This document shows, in pieces, positions 50,416-60,053 of a DNA stretch of 64,000 bases (position 1 is the first letter of the stretch; every line of letters begins with the position of its first letter). A program made the translations under genes and the position numbers. The stretch covers positions 32,198-96,197 of the forward strand of contig JAZAMN010000057.1 in NCBI GenBank assembly GCA_036229005.1. Direction: 5' to 3'. The notes under the pieces were generated by a model, which was not told the origin of the DNA, ran no database searches, and worked only from the letters and a program-made list of their open reading frames with translations. Source of the DNA: Myxococcota bacterium. GTDB lineage: Bacteria > Myxococcota_A > UBA796 > CAJQPC01.

Positions 50416-51131
50416 TCTGGGACCACCCCCAGCCGGCGGTGGGCGTGGATCTGGTGCTCCTCTCTCTGGGGGGCGAGGGGCTGGAGGTCCTGCTCCGTCA
50501 GCGCGCGACCCCACCCTTTGACGGCCAGCTCGCCCTCCCAGGGGGCATCGCCCGATCCCCAAGCGAGGTCACCCTGGCGCAGGCCGCTGCGCGGGGCCTG
50601 GACCTGAACCTGGGCAGCAGCGAGACCTGGGAGGGCATCCCCACCGAGCGCTGGGACCCCGACCTGGAAGCCGCCGCCCGCCGCGTGGCCCGCGAGTCGG
50701 TCGGCCTGGAGAGGCTGTGGCTGGAGCAGCTCTACACCTTCTCCGCGCTGGGCCGGGACCCCCGCGGGCCGGTGATCTCCGTGGCCTGGCTGGGGCTGCT
50801 GGCGCCCACCGAGCGCGCCTGCGCGCAGGGCCAATGGATCCCCTGGGACTCGTCGTTGTCGATCGCTTTTGACCACAACCAGATCCTGGATACCGCCCGC
50901 GAGCGCCTGCGCGGGAAGGTCGACTACGTGCCCGATCTCGCCCCCCGCCTGCTGGCCGCGCCCTTCACCGCCGCTGAGCTCCGGGCCGCCCACGCGGCGA
51001 TCCTGGGCCAGGTGCCCAACCGCGGCAGCATCTTCCGCCGCTTGGGTCGCTGGGTCGAAGACGGCGTGCTCACCCAGGTCGGCGAGCGCGCGACAGGCAG
51101 GCGACCGGCCAAGCTGTACGCTCTGGCCTGA
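50412..51131 (+). CDS. NrtR-family regulator (Nudix + wHTH)
   Basis: ALPGG, LEQLYTFS..RDPRG.VISVAW, AFDHNQI, FTAAEL, GRRPAKLY. Confidence 0.88.
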   Translation: MIWDHPQPAVGVDLVLLSLGGEGLEVLLRQRATPPFDGQLALPGGIARSPSEVTLAQAAARGLDLNLGSSETWEGIPTERWDPDLEAAARRVARESVGLERLWLEQLYTFSALGRDPRGPVISVAWLGLLAPTERACAQGQWIPWDSSLSIAFDHNQILDTARERLRGKVDYVPDLAPRLLAAPFTAAELRAAHAAILGQVPNRGSIFRRLGRWVEDGVLTQVGERATGRRPAKLYALA

Positions 51132-51143
51132 CAGGAGGAACTC

Positions 51144-51527
51144 ATGTTCCAAGGCATCGACCACTACGTGATCTTCGTGACCGATCTGGCTGCCTCGCGC
51201 GCCTGGTACGAGCGCTTGGGCCTGCTCTACGCCCACGGCGGGGAGCACGGGCACTTCTTCTCCCTGCCCGCCGGCGGTCTGCTCATGCTCCACCCAGCCA
51301 AGGACGGCCCCGCCGGCAGCATCCCCCAGCTCTACCTCAGCGTCGGGGACGTCCACGCCGCGCTCACCCAGCACCGTCAGGCCGGCATGGAAGCCTTCTC
51401 CGAGAACGGGAGCGGCGCGCTGCCGGCGCAGACCCCGTGGGGCAGCACCGAGTACAACCTGCGGGACCCGGATGGGCACGTCTGGGGAATCGTGCAGGCA
51501 CGCGGCGGAGCTACGCCCTCCGAGTGA
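51144..51527 (+). CDS. VOC/glyoxalase family protein
   Basis: IDHYVIFVTDLAASRAWYE..TPWG..RDPDGH; RBS AGGAGG. Confidence 0.88.
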   Translation: MFQGIDHYVIFVTDLAASRAWYERLGLLYAHGGEHGHFFSLPAGGLLMLHPAKDGPAGSIPQLYLSVGDVHAALTQHRQAGMEAFSENGSGALPAQTPWGSTEYNLRDPDGHVWGIVQARGGATPSE

Positions 51528-51785
51528 GCGAGGGGCTGAGGCTACGCCCCCTGAGTGAGCGACTTTCTGAGGCTACGCCCCACCGGTGAGCGCTTGGGCC
51601 ACCGATCCGCCCGTCCCAGCGCCCCCGAGGCCCGAAAAACAGCGGCTACGGCCCGCGGGTGAGCGATTCTCCGACCCAGCGCCGCAAAACGGTGGCCCGA
51701 TCGCTCACTGAGCCCCCGTAGCCTCAAGGGAGCGCTCACCCAGACCCCGTAGCCACAAGGCGGCGCTCACTCAGACCCCGTAGCC
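51509..51785. repeat. 31-bp-phased inverted array element, family C, copy 2
   Basis: Motif at 51509/51540/51571 and 51644; inverted at 51702/51733/51764. First unit supplies the VOC stop codon. Confidence 0.85.
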
Positions 51786-51856
51786 GTCCCCTCCAGCCCG
51801 CCACCCCCGCAATATTCTCGCCCCGACAACGTCAGAGGGACCCAACCGGAGCCTCC

Positions 51857-52483
51857 ATGCTGTTCGCCCTGCTCGCCGCCTGCACCCTCTCCACCCCGGA
51901 GCCCCAGGCCGCGCAGCCCGCTCCCAGCCCTGCAATCGAGGCCGGCGCCAAGGCCGTGATCGGCCAGCCCGCCCCCGAGTTCGCCCTGCTGGATCTGGAC
52001 GGCAAGCCCGTGAAGCTCTCCGATCACGCCGGCAAGGTCGTCGTCCTGGAGTGGTTCAACCCCGGCTGCCCCTTCGTCAAGGCCGCCTACAACGACGAGG
52101 TCCTGCCGCAGCTGCACGACCGCTACGCCAACCAGGAGGTCAGCTACCTGATGATCAACTCCGGCGCCGCGGGCAAGCAGGGCGCTGGCGTCGACGAGAA
52201 CAAGCGCGCCGTCAAGAGCTGGGACATCAGCACCCCCGTCCTCCAGGACCCCAGCGGCGCGGTCGGCATGGCCTACGGCGCCAAGACCACGCCCCAGATC
52301 GTGGTCATCGACCGCAGCGGCGTCGTGCGCTTCAACGGCGCTCTGGACAACGCCCCGCTCTCCAAGGTCGAGGGCACCCGCGTCCCCTACGCCGAGCAGG
52401 CCATCGACGCCGTGCTGGCCGGCGGCGACATCGAGACCACCAGCCCCAAGCCCTGGGGCTGCTCCGTGAAGTACGCCCAGTGA
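51857..52483 (+). CDS. Redoxin (AhpC/TSA-like thioredoxin-fold) lipoprotein
   Basis: APEFALLDLDG, LEWFNPGCPFV, YGAKTTP, PWGCSVKY. Confidence 0.9.
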   Translation: MLFALLAACTLSTPEPQAAQPAPSPAIEAGAKAVIGQPAPEFALLDLDGKPVKLSDHAGKVVVLEWFNPGCPFVKAAYNDEVLPQLHDRYANQEVSYLMINSGAAGKQGAGVDENKRAVKSWDISTPVLQDPSGAVGMAYGAKTTPQIVVIDRSGVVRFNGALDNAPLSKVEGTRVPYAEQAIDAVLAGGDIETTSPKPWGCSVKYAQ

Positions 52484-53121
52484 GCGCCGTCGACCCCGCG
52501 AGCCTCGTCGCGCTGCAGCTCCTGCTGGTCCCCGGTGGGGTGCCCGGTCACGACGGCCCCGCCGCCGTCATCCAGGCCGAGCTCGCCCCCAAGTGGCACA
52601 TCTACTGGGTCAACAGCGGCGACACCGGCATGCCCACCGAGGTGGACTGGACCCTCCCCGAGGGCGTCCAGAGCGGCGCCGAGGTCTGGAGCGTCCCCCA
52701 CGCCATCGAGCGCCCCGGCGGGCTCACCGACTTTGGCTACGAGGGCCACGCCACGATCGCCCTGCCCCTGAGCGGAGACACCGACAAGGCTGGCCAGATC
52801 ACCGCCAGCGTCAGCTACCTGGTGTGCCGCGCCGACCAGTGCATCCCCGGTAGCGCCGAGCTGAGCGTGCAGGAGAGCCCCCGATCTCCTCGCCTGCACG
52901 AGCTGCCTGAGCCGCTGGAGTGCGACCGGGAGGCTGGAGAGGTGCGGATCCCGGTGCAGAGCACCTCGGCCCACCTCTTCCCCGACCTGTCCCTGGCCGA
53001 AGCCTGGAAGGAGCCTGAGCCCGCCGGCGAGGCGCTGCGGGTCGCCCTGGATCCCGCCGCACAGGGCGTTCTGCTCGTGCGGGACGGCAAGCGCCTGGGG
53101 AGCTGCACCCTCCAGGACTGA
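52480..53121 (+). CDS. DsbD N-terminal domain protein
   Basis: GTGA overlap; WHIYWVNSGDTGMPT, YLVCRADQCIPG. Confidence 0.85.
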   Translation: MSAVDPASLVALQLLLVPGGVPGHDGPAAVIQAELAPKWHIYWVNSGDTGMPTEVDWTLPEGVQSGAEVWSVPHAIERPGGLTDFGYEGHATIALPLSGDTDKAGQITASVSYLVCRADQCIPGSAELSVQESPRSPRLHELPEPLECDREAGEVRIPVQSTSAHLFPDLSLAEAWKEPEPAGEALRVALDPAAQGVLLVRDGKRLGSCTLQD

Positions 53122-53245
53122 GCGCCGATTGTCCCAGAAAGCGGACAGCGCTCCCCAATCTCGGCACCTGCTCGCAGACTTTTCGGGACATAGGGTTGAA
53201 CCCGAACGGGGCCGCCTGCCGCCCCGAATCCACTGCGAGGAATGC

Positions 53246-54328
53246 ATGTCCACCGATCTGTTCAGCCCCACGACCCTCGGCTTCCTGGAGCTCCCCAACC
53301 GCATCGTCATGGCCCCCATGACCCGCTCCCGGGCCACCGCCGATCACGTCCCCACCCCGATCATGGCTGAGTACTACGCCGCCCGCGCCGACGCTGGCCT
53401 GATCATCACCGAGGGGGTCGCTCCGGTGGCCAACGGCGTGGGCTACGCGCGCATCCCCGGACTCTACAGCGACGAGCAGCTCGCTGAGTGGCGCAAGGTG
53501 ACCGACGCCGTGCACGCCAAGGGTGGCCGCATCGCCGTCCAGATCATGCACACCGGCCGCGTCAGCCACGCCGCCAACATGCCGGAAGGCACCCGCATCC
53601 TGGCCCCCAGCGCGATCGCGCTCGAGGGTGAGATGTACACCGACGCCGCCGGTCCCCAGGCCTACCCCGTGCCCGAGGCCATGACCGAGGCCGACATCGA
53701 GGAGGCCATCGCCGGCAACGTCAAGGCCGCCATCGCCGCCGTCGCGGTGGGCTTCGACATGGTCGAGATCCACGGCGCCAACGGCTACCTGATCGACCAG
53801 TTCATCTCCCCCAACATCAACCAGCGCACCGACGGCTGGGGTGGAGACATCAAGGGCCGCGCCCGCTTCGCCCTCGAGGTCGCCAAGCGCACCGTCGAGG
53901 CCATCGGCGCCGAGCGCACCGGCATCCGCCTGTCCCCCTTCGGCGTGTTCAACGGCGTGGTCCCCTGGGACGAGGTCGAGGCCGACTTCACCTGGCTCGC
54001 CGGTGAGCTGGGCAAGCTCAAGCTGGCCTACCTGCACATCGTCGACCACTCCGGCATGGGCGCCCCCGCCGTGCCCGAGAGCGTCAAGGTCGCCATGAGC
54101 GAGGCCTTCGGCGGCACCGTCATCCGCGTGGGTGGCTACGACCGCGCCAGCGCCGACGCCGACCTGGCCGCTGGCAAGGCCGACCTGATCGCCTTCGGCC
54201 GCCCCTTCGTGTCCAACCCGGACCTGGTCAAGCGCCTGGAGACCGGCGCCGAGCTCAACGCGCCCGACTTCAACACCTTCTACACGCCCGGTCCCAAGGG
54301 CTACACCGACTACCCCACCCTGGACTGA
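53246..54328 (+). CDS. Old yellow enzyme / NemA-like alkene reductase
   Basis: NRIVMAPMTRSRA, EIHGANGYLIDQF, NQRTDGWGG, FGRPFVSNPDL, GYTDYP. Confidence 0.94.
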   Translation: MSTDLFSPTTLGFLELPNRIVMAPMTRSRATADHVPTPIMAEYYAARADAGLIITEGVAPVANGVGYARIPGLYSDEQLAEWRKVTDAVHAKGGRIAVQIMHTGRVSHAANMPEGTRILAPSAIALEGEMYTDAAGPQAYPVPEAMTEADIEEAIAGNVKAAIAAVAVGFDMVEIHGANGYLIDQFISPNINQRTDGWGGDIKGRARFALEVAKRTVEAIGAERTGIRLSPFGVFNGVVPWDEVEADFTWLAGELGKLKLAYLHIVDHSGMGAPAVPESVKVAMSEAFGGTVIRVGGYDRASADADLAAGKADLIAFGRPFVSNPDLVKRLETGAELNAPDFNTFYTPGPKGYTDYPTLD

Positions 54329-54366
54329 GGGCGACCGGGTGCGGCGTGGCGGGCTAAGGCTCCGTC

Positions 54367-56898
54367 ATGCCCACCCTGTCCTCCTTGATCCCCGAGACCG
54401 GCTTCTCCTCTGACGATGAGGCCCTCGAGGCCTTCCTGGACTGGGTCATCGAGAAGGGCATCGAGCCCTACCCCGCCCAGGAAGAGGCCTTCCTGGAGCT
54501 CTTCTCCGACAGCTCCGTGATGCTCAAGACGCCCACGGGGTCGGGCAAGTCGCTGGTCGCCCTGGCCATGCACTTCCGGGCCTTCGCCTGGGGCAAGCGC
54601 TCGGTCTACACCGCCCCCATCAAGGCCCTGGTCTCCGAGAAGTTCCTGGCGTTGTGCGATGACTTTGGCGCAGAGGACGTGGGCCTGATGACCGGCGACG
54701 GCGCCGTGAACCGGGACGCCCCGATCATCTGCTGCACGGCCGAGATCCTGGCCAAGATGGCCCTCCGCCACGGCGATCAGACCCCCTTCGAAGCCGTCGT
54801 GATGGACGAGTTCCACTACTACGGCGACCGCGACCGCGGCATGGCCTGGCAGCTCCCTCTGCTGACCATGCCTCACGCCCGCTTCCTGCTGATGTCCGCC
54901 ACCCTGGGCGACACCACCCAGATTGAAGAGGACATCGAGGAGCGCACCGGCGCCCCCGTCGCGGTCGTCAGCTCCAACCAGCGCCCGGTGCCGCTGGACT
55001 TCGAGTACTCGGAGCTCCCCCTGGAGTCCAAGCTCCAGAACCTGGCCTGGCATGGCAAGGCCCCCGTGTACGCCGTGCACTTCACCCAGCGGGAGGCCAC
55101 CGCGCGGGCGCAGGCCCTGATGTCCTCGCGTCTGGCCGACAGCGACGAGAAGGCGGAGCTCAAGCGCGCGCTCAAGGGGGTGCGCTTCGACAGTCCCTTT
55201 GGCCCAACCCTCCGCCGCTACCTCGAACACGGCGTCGGCCTGCACCACGCCGGCCTGCTCCCCCGCTACCGCCTGGTGGTGGAGAAGCTCGCCCAGCGCG
55301 GCCGCTTCAAGGTCATCTGCGGCACCGACACCCTGGGCGTGGGCATCAACGTGCCCATCCGCACCGTCTTCTTCACCCAGCTCTGCAAGTACAACGGCCA
55401 GGTCACCGACATCCTGAGCCGCCGCCACTTCAAGCAGATCGCCGGGCGAGCCGGCCGCCGGGGCTTCGACACCCAGGGCTACGTGGTCGCGCAGGCGCCC
55501 GCCTGGGTCATCGAGAACGCCCAGCTCTCCGAGGACATCGCCTCCGGCAAGAAGAAAAAGTCCAAGGTCCGCCGGAAGAAGCCCCCCACCCGCGGCTACA
55601 AGCACTGGGACGAGGAGACCTTCCAGCGCCTGATCGAGGGCGCCCCCGAAGAGCTCGACCCCCAGTTCGTGGTCGACCACGGCCTGGTGCTCTCCCTGCT
55701 GCAGAAGGCCGCCGAGCTCCCCGGCCACGACCCCATGGCCGAGCTCCACGCCCTCATCGACGCCGCCCACGTCTCCCAGAAGGAGAAGGAGCACCTGCAC
55801 CAGCAGGCCGACCAGCGCCTGGACGAGCTCGAGCAGGCCGGCGTCGTACAGATCAGCGGCGACCGCGTCCAGCTCGACGAGGGCCTGGACGACGACTTCT
55901 CCCTGCACCACAGCCTCTCGCTCTTCCTGGTCGAGGCCCTCTCCGACTACGACCCCGAGCACCCCGAGTACGTCCTGCAGGTGCTCTCCCTGGTCGAGTC
56001 CATCCTGGAGCACCCCCGCCCCGTCATCGCCGCCCAGGTCAGCCGCGAGAAGGGCAAGCTGGTCGCCGCCCTCAAGGCCGACGGCGTCGAGTACGAGGAG
56101 CGCATGGCCATCCTGGAGGAGGTCACCCACCCCAAGCCCGACGCCGAGCGCATCTACGCCCTCTACAACGGCTTCCGCGAGCACCGCCCCTGGCTGACCG
56201 AAGACCCCATCCGCCCCAAGGCCATCGCCCGCGAGCTCTACGCCGAGCAGATCTCCTTCGCCAACTACGTGAACGACCTGCGCCTGGACCGCGTCGAGGG
56301 CGTGCTGCTCCGCTACCTCTCCCAGGTCTACCGCACCCTCCGCCAGAACGTCCCCGCCGCCTTCCGCACCCCCGACCTGGACGAAGCCGTCGCCTTCTTC
56401 CGCGCCCTGCTCGCCCGCGTCGACGACTCCCTGGTCCGCACCTGGGAGTCCATGCTCGAGCAGCCCGAGGACCCCAGCATCGAGCCCCCGCCCGTCGACA
56501 TCTCCCGCGACGACAAGGCCTTCCGCGCCCGCATCCGCGCCGAGCTCCACGCCCTGGTCCGCGCCCTGGCCGACGACGACTACGACGAGGCCGCCGCCCT
56601 CCAGCCCGAGCACCCCGAGTCCCTGGACGCCCGCGCCCTCCGCGAGCTCCTCCAGCCCTTCACCGACGAGCACGGCCCCGTGATCTGGGACCCCCGCGCC
56701 AAGCAGGGCTGGATGACCCGCCTCACCCCGGTCGAAGACCACCTCTGGCGCGCCTCCCAGACCCTCGTCCTGCCCGCCCAGCTCTCCGAGGAAGAGGAGG
56801 AGGAAGCAGGATCCTGGTCCATCGAAGCCTGGGTCGACCTCCGGGACGACCGCAACCCCTCGGGCACCCTTGTACGGGTGTTCGCCGTCGAGGACTGA
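54367..56898 (+). CDS. Ski2-like DEAD/DEAH helicase with DUF3516-type C-terminus
   Basis: PTGSGKS, APIKALVSEK, DEFHYY, SAT, GTDTLGVGINVP, QIAGRAGRRG. Confidence 0.92.
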   Translation: MPTLSSLIPETGFSSDDEALEAFLDWVIEKGIEPYPAQEEAFLELFSDSSVMLKTPTGSGKSLVALAMHFRAFAWGKRSVYTAPIKALVSEKFLALCDDFGAEDVGLMTGDGAVNRDAPIICCTAEILAKMALRHGDQTPFEAVVMDEFHYYGDRDRGMAWQLPLLTMPHARFLLMSATLGDTTQIEEDIEERTGAPVAVVSSNQRPVPLDFEYSELPLESKLQNLAWHGKAPVYAVHFTQREATARAQALMSSRLADSDEKAELKRALKGVRFDSPFGPTLRRYLEHGVGLHHAGLLPRYRLVVEKLAQRGRFKVICGTDTLGVGINVPIRTVFFTQLCKYNGQVTDILSRRHFKQIAGRAGRRGFDTQGYVVAQAPAWVIENAQLSEDIASGKKKKSKVRRKKPPTRGYKHWDEETFQRLIEGAPEELDPQFVVDHGLVLSLLQKAAELPGHDPMAELHALIDAAHVSQKEKEHLHQQADQRLDELEQAGVVQISGDRVQLDEGLDDDFSLHHSLSLFLVEALSDYDPEHPEYVLQVLSLVESILEHPRPVIAAQVSREKGKLVAALKADGVEYEERMAILEEVTHPKPDAERIYALYNGFREHRPWLTEDPIRPKAIARELYAEQISFANYVNDLRLDRVEGVLLRYLSQVYRTLRQNVPAAFRTPDLDEAVAFFRALLARVDDSLVRTWESMLEQPEDPSIEPPPVDISRDDKAFRARIRAELHALVRALADDDYDEAAALQPEHPESLDARALRELLQPFTDEHGPVIWDPRAKQGWMTRLTPVEDHLWRASQTLVLPAQLSEEEEEEAGSWSIEAWVDLRDDRNPSGTLVRVFAVED

Positions 56899-56929
56899 CT
56901 GGGCCTGACCGTGTGCGAAACTCCCGGCC

Positions 56930-57448
56930 ATGCTCGCTCTGCTCCTGGCCCTCTCCACCGCCCACGCCACCCCTGACTGGACCTACCCCGAGCGGTCCTG
57001 GACCGTCAGCGTGGACCCGCTGACCCTGGCCCTGGGCTTCACCCACCTGCAGGTCGAGCGAGTGGTGGGCCCCCACTGGTCGGTCTACGGCAGCCCCCAC
57101 CTCTTCGTCTTCCCCAGCCCCTTGCTGGCCGAGCTCCAGCAGCCATTCCGCGGCCTGGGGGCCGAGGCCGGCGTCCGCTACTTCTTCGACGACCACGCCC
57201 CCACCGGCTGCTGGGTCATGGCGCGCGGCGTGCTCGCCCACCTCAAGACCACCGAGGGCGCGGACACCCCAGGACTCACCTCAGCCGGCGGCTACGGCAG
57301 CGTGCTGGTGGGCTACACCGCCATCCTGGGCGAGCACCTGGTGCTCTCGGGCGGCGCCGGCGCGCAGTACCTGCGCTACCAGGTCGATGGGATGGGGGTG
57401 CTTGGGCCGGCGCCGGCGCTGCATACGAATGTTGGGTGGGCGTTCTGA
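56930..57448 (+). CDS. Small outer-membrane beta-barrel protein (DUF3575-like)
   Basis: Signal peptide ending AHA, GVRYFF, terminal NVGWAF. Confidence 0.7.
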   Translation: MLALLLALSTAHATPDWTYPERSWTVSVDPLTLALGFTHLQVERVVGPHWSVYGSPHLFVFPSPLLAELQQPFRGLGAEAGVRYFFDDHAPTGCWVMARGVLAHLKTTEGADTPGLTSAGGYGSVLVGYTAILGEHLVLSGGAGAQYLRYQVDGMGVLGPAPALHTNVGWAF

Positions 57449-57454
57449 GGGAGT

Positions 57455-57679
57455 GGGGTTCCGGGTATCGGGTATCGGGGGTCAGGGGTCAGGGGTGTGC
57501 GCGGCGACTGGCGACCGGGGACCGGCAACCGCCGATGACGCCGGGCCGGGCTCGAGGCGCTGGTGGCAGCCGACTTGGGGGGGGCGTCTCGGGGAGGGTC
57601 CGGCACTGCGTGCGGGCCACGGAGGCGCGGTCGCAGGATGGGGTTCCGGGTATCGGGTATCGGGTATCGGGTATCGGGT
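57455..57679. repeat. Partial copy of the ~238-bp repeat bounded by (GGGTATC)n heptamers
   Basis: 57492-57645 matches the unit at 58591 onward; heptamer runs on both sides. Confidence 0.85.
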
Positions 57680-57731
57680 AGGCGGAGACGCCGTCGTCGG
57701 AGGCCGCGGGCCGGAGCGATAGCGTTTCCCG

Positions 57732-58593
57732 CCCCGTTAGGTTCAGTCGGCCCGGCCAGCGGACAGGTGGGTTCAGCCATCGCCAGCAAGTGACAGTGTG
57801 GTCGTGGTGTTCGGGCTGCTCGGAGTGTCTCGGGCTGAACCCTGGTTGTTTCTGGACTTTGAGTTCTGTCCGGTCGGTATTTGGGGGCTTGCCTGCCGTT
57901 TCGGGGAACCGTCCAGCTATGGAGTTCTTCGTGGGTGGCTGGCGCCCAGCAGGCTAGGAAGGAGTGCCCCGGTCGCCGGTGTCCCGTTTCACGCGAGGTC
58001 GTTGACCAGCTGCAGAACGGCTGCAAAGAAGTCTTTGCGGCGGGTGGCGACAATGACGCGGTCCCCGTCTCCAACGTAGGAGATGGCGCCCAGTTGATTC
58101 AGGTGGTCCCAGAAAGCCGCCTGAAGCGGTCGCAACCAGTCGAGGACTCCAGTCTCCCAGGTTGGATCGAACGTAGATTCCAGCGTGCTTGGGGATTCTA
58201 GGTTGAACGTGGTGTACGTCACGAATCGGTTCGGAGGCGGAGCCAGTGGTGTTTCGTCGCCGGGGATGAAGTAGTACTCGTCATCGTGACTGGAGGGGAT
58301 GTTTGCAAGCTCCGATGGATTTCGATGGAGCAGACCGCCACCTGCCTGAACCCAACCCTCCGCTGCATCTCTCGACGACAAGGTCGGGGCACTGCAATGA
58401 AGGGTCGCGAGCCAGAGCGCTTGCTCTGGGTGAAAGCGCAGCGCGAGGTCGACTGTCCTACGGATAGGGAGGGTGGTCACCAGCCACGAGTAGTCGCCGT
58501 GCTGGCCAGTGAAGATGCGGTCATCCCAGCTCATTGCCTGTGATCCTCGATGTTGGCGAGTACAAAGTGTAGGGCCGATTGAACCTAACGGGG
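57732..58593. mobile_element. Inverted-repeat-bounded low-GC segment with one passenger gene
   Basis: 22-bp inverted repeats CCCCGTTAGGTTCAGTCGGCCC / GGGCCGATTGAACCTAACGGGG (1 mismatch); interior visibly lower in GC; no transposase. Confidence 0.55.
57989..58534 (-). CDS. Hypothetical protein with atypical codon usage
   Basis: MSWDDRIFTGQHGDYSWL...; upstream GAGG; 181 aa open frame inside the IR-bounded segment. Confidence 0.65.
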   Translation of the reverse strand: MSWDDRIFTGQHGDYSWLVTTLPIRRTVDLALRFHPEQALWLATLHCSAPTLSSRDAAEGWVQAGGGLLHRNPSELANIPSSHDDEYYFIPGDETPLAPPPNRFVTYTTFNLESPSTLESTFDPTWETGVLDWLRPLQAAFWDHLNQLGAISYVGDGDRVIVATRRKDFFAAVLQLVNDLA

Positions 58594-59547
58594 GTGTGCG
58601 CGGCGACAGGCGACCGGGGACCGGCAACCGCCGATGACGCCGGGCCGGGCTCGAGGCGCTGGTGGCAGCCGACTTGGGGGGCGTCTCGGGGAGGGCCCGG
58701 CACTGCGTGCGGGCCACGGAGGCGCCGGTCCCCGGATGGAGTGCCGGGTTCGGCCAGGAGCGCACGCCTCGGAGAGGAGCGGCGTGATGACTGAGACCTG
58801 AGACCCGATACCTGACCCCCGACGCTGAGCCCCCCTCACGGCGACAGGCGACCGGGGACCGGCAACCGCCGATGACGCACTGCCGGGCTCCCGCGTTGGT
58901 GGCAGCCGACTTGGGGGGGCGTCTCGGGGTGGGCCCGGCACCGCGTGCGGGCCACGGAGGCGCGGTCGCAGGATGGGGTTCCGGGTTCGGCCGGGAGAGC
59001 ACGCCTCGGACAGGAGCGGCGTGATGACTGAGACCCGAGACCCGATACCTGCCCCCCGACGCTGAGCCCCCTCACGGCGACAGGCGACCGGGGACCGGCA
59101 ACCGCCGATGACGCCGGGCCAGGCCGAGGCGCTGGTGGCAGCCGACTTGGGGGGGCGTCTCGGGGAGGGCCCGGCACTGCGTGCGGGCCACGGGAGCGCC
59201 GGTCCCCGGATGGAGTTTCGGGTTCGGCCAGGAGAGCACGCCTCGGAGAGGAGCGGCGTGATGACTGAGACCTGAGACCCGATACCTGACCCCCGACGCT
59301 GAGCCCCCCTCACGGCGACTGGCGACCGGGGACCGGCAACCTCCGATGACGCCGGGCCGGGCTCGAGGCGCTGGTGGCAGCCGACTTGGGGGGACGCCTT
59401 GGGGAGGGCCCGGCACTGCGTGCGGGGCACGGAGGCGCCGGTCCCCGGATGGAGTGCCGGGTTCGGCCGGGAGCGCACGCCTCGGAGAGGAGCGGCGTGA
59501 TGACTGAGACCCGAGACCTGAGACCTGAAACCTGAGACCTGAGACCC
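58591..59547. repeat. Four tandem ~238-bp repeats with GAGACCY/GATACCT heptamers
   Basis: Unit anchor cggcgac(a/t)ggcgaccggggaccggcaac at 58601, 58839, 59075, 59313. Confidence 0.92.
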
Positions 59548-59597
59548 AAGCCCCCAAAGCGAGCCGCAACCCCTCCGTCGCATTAAACCTACCCCAC

Positions 59598-60053
59598 TTG
59601 CGACCGGAGGCCCCCCTGAGCATCGAGCACACCCGCCTGGAGATGCGTGAGCGCCTGCGCGAGCTGGGCCTGCGGGCGACCAGTCCCCGGCTGCAGGTCC
59701 TGTGTGCCCTGCACCAGCACGCGGGGCCACTCTCGCACGAGGAGCTCACCGAGCGCCTGGGCGCCAGCGCCCTGGACCGGGCGACGCTCTACCGGATCCT
59801 CTCGCAGCTCTCCGAGAAGGGCCTGCTCAAGCGCATGGACCTCGGAGACAAGGTCTGGCGCTACGAGCTGCTGGATCACTGCCGCCGCATCTCCGACGAC
59901 CACGCCCACTTCCTGTGCACCGACTGCGGCGCGGTCACCTGCCTGCCCGAGCTCGAGCTGCGCGCCGCCAAGGGCTCCCTGCCCGCCCAGCTCCAGGGCG
60001 CCGAGCTGCACCTCAAGGTGACGGGCCGCTGCGCGGACTGCGTGGCGCAGTGA
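59598..60053 (+). CDS. Fur-family transcriptional regulator
   Basis: GLRATSPR, DRATLYRIL, HAHFLCTDCG, GRCADC. Start may be the ATG at 59643. Confidence 0.9.
   Translation: MRPEAPLSIEHTRLEMRERLRELGLRATSPRLQVLCALHQHAGPLSHEELTERLGASALDRATLYRILSQLSEKGLLKRMDLGDKVWRYELLDHCRRISDDHAHFLCTDCGAVTCLPELELRAAKGSLPAQLQGAELHLKVTGRCADCVAQ

Noticed and set aside
47866-51131. Anti-phage or phage NAD-reconstitution system
   Set aside because: Gene content fits regulated NAD salvage; there is no phage or defence context.
57732-58593. Canonical integron attC cassette
   Set aside because: No attC stem (RYYYAAC...GTTRRRY with L boxes) is evident downstream of the gene and no integrase is in the window; kept only as an IR-bounded element.
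57989-59749. Long ORFs spanning the 238-bp repeats
   Set aside because: These are translations of non-coding GC-rich repeats; only 57989-58534 looks like a real protein.
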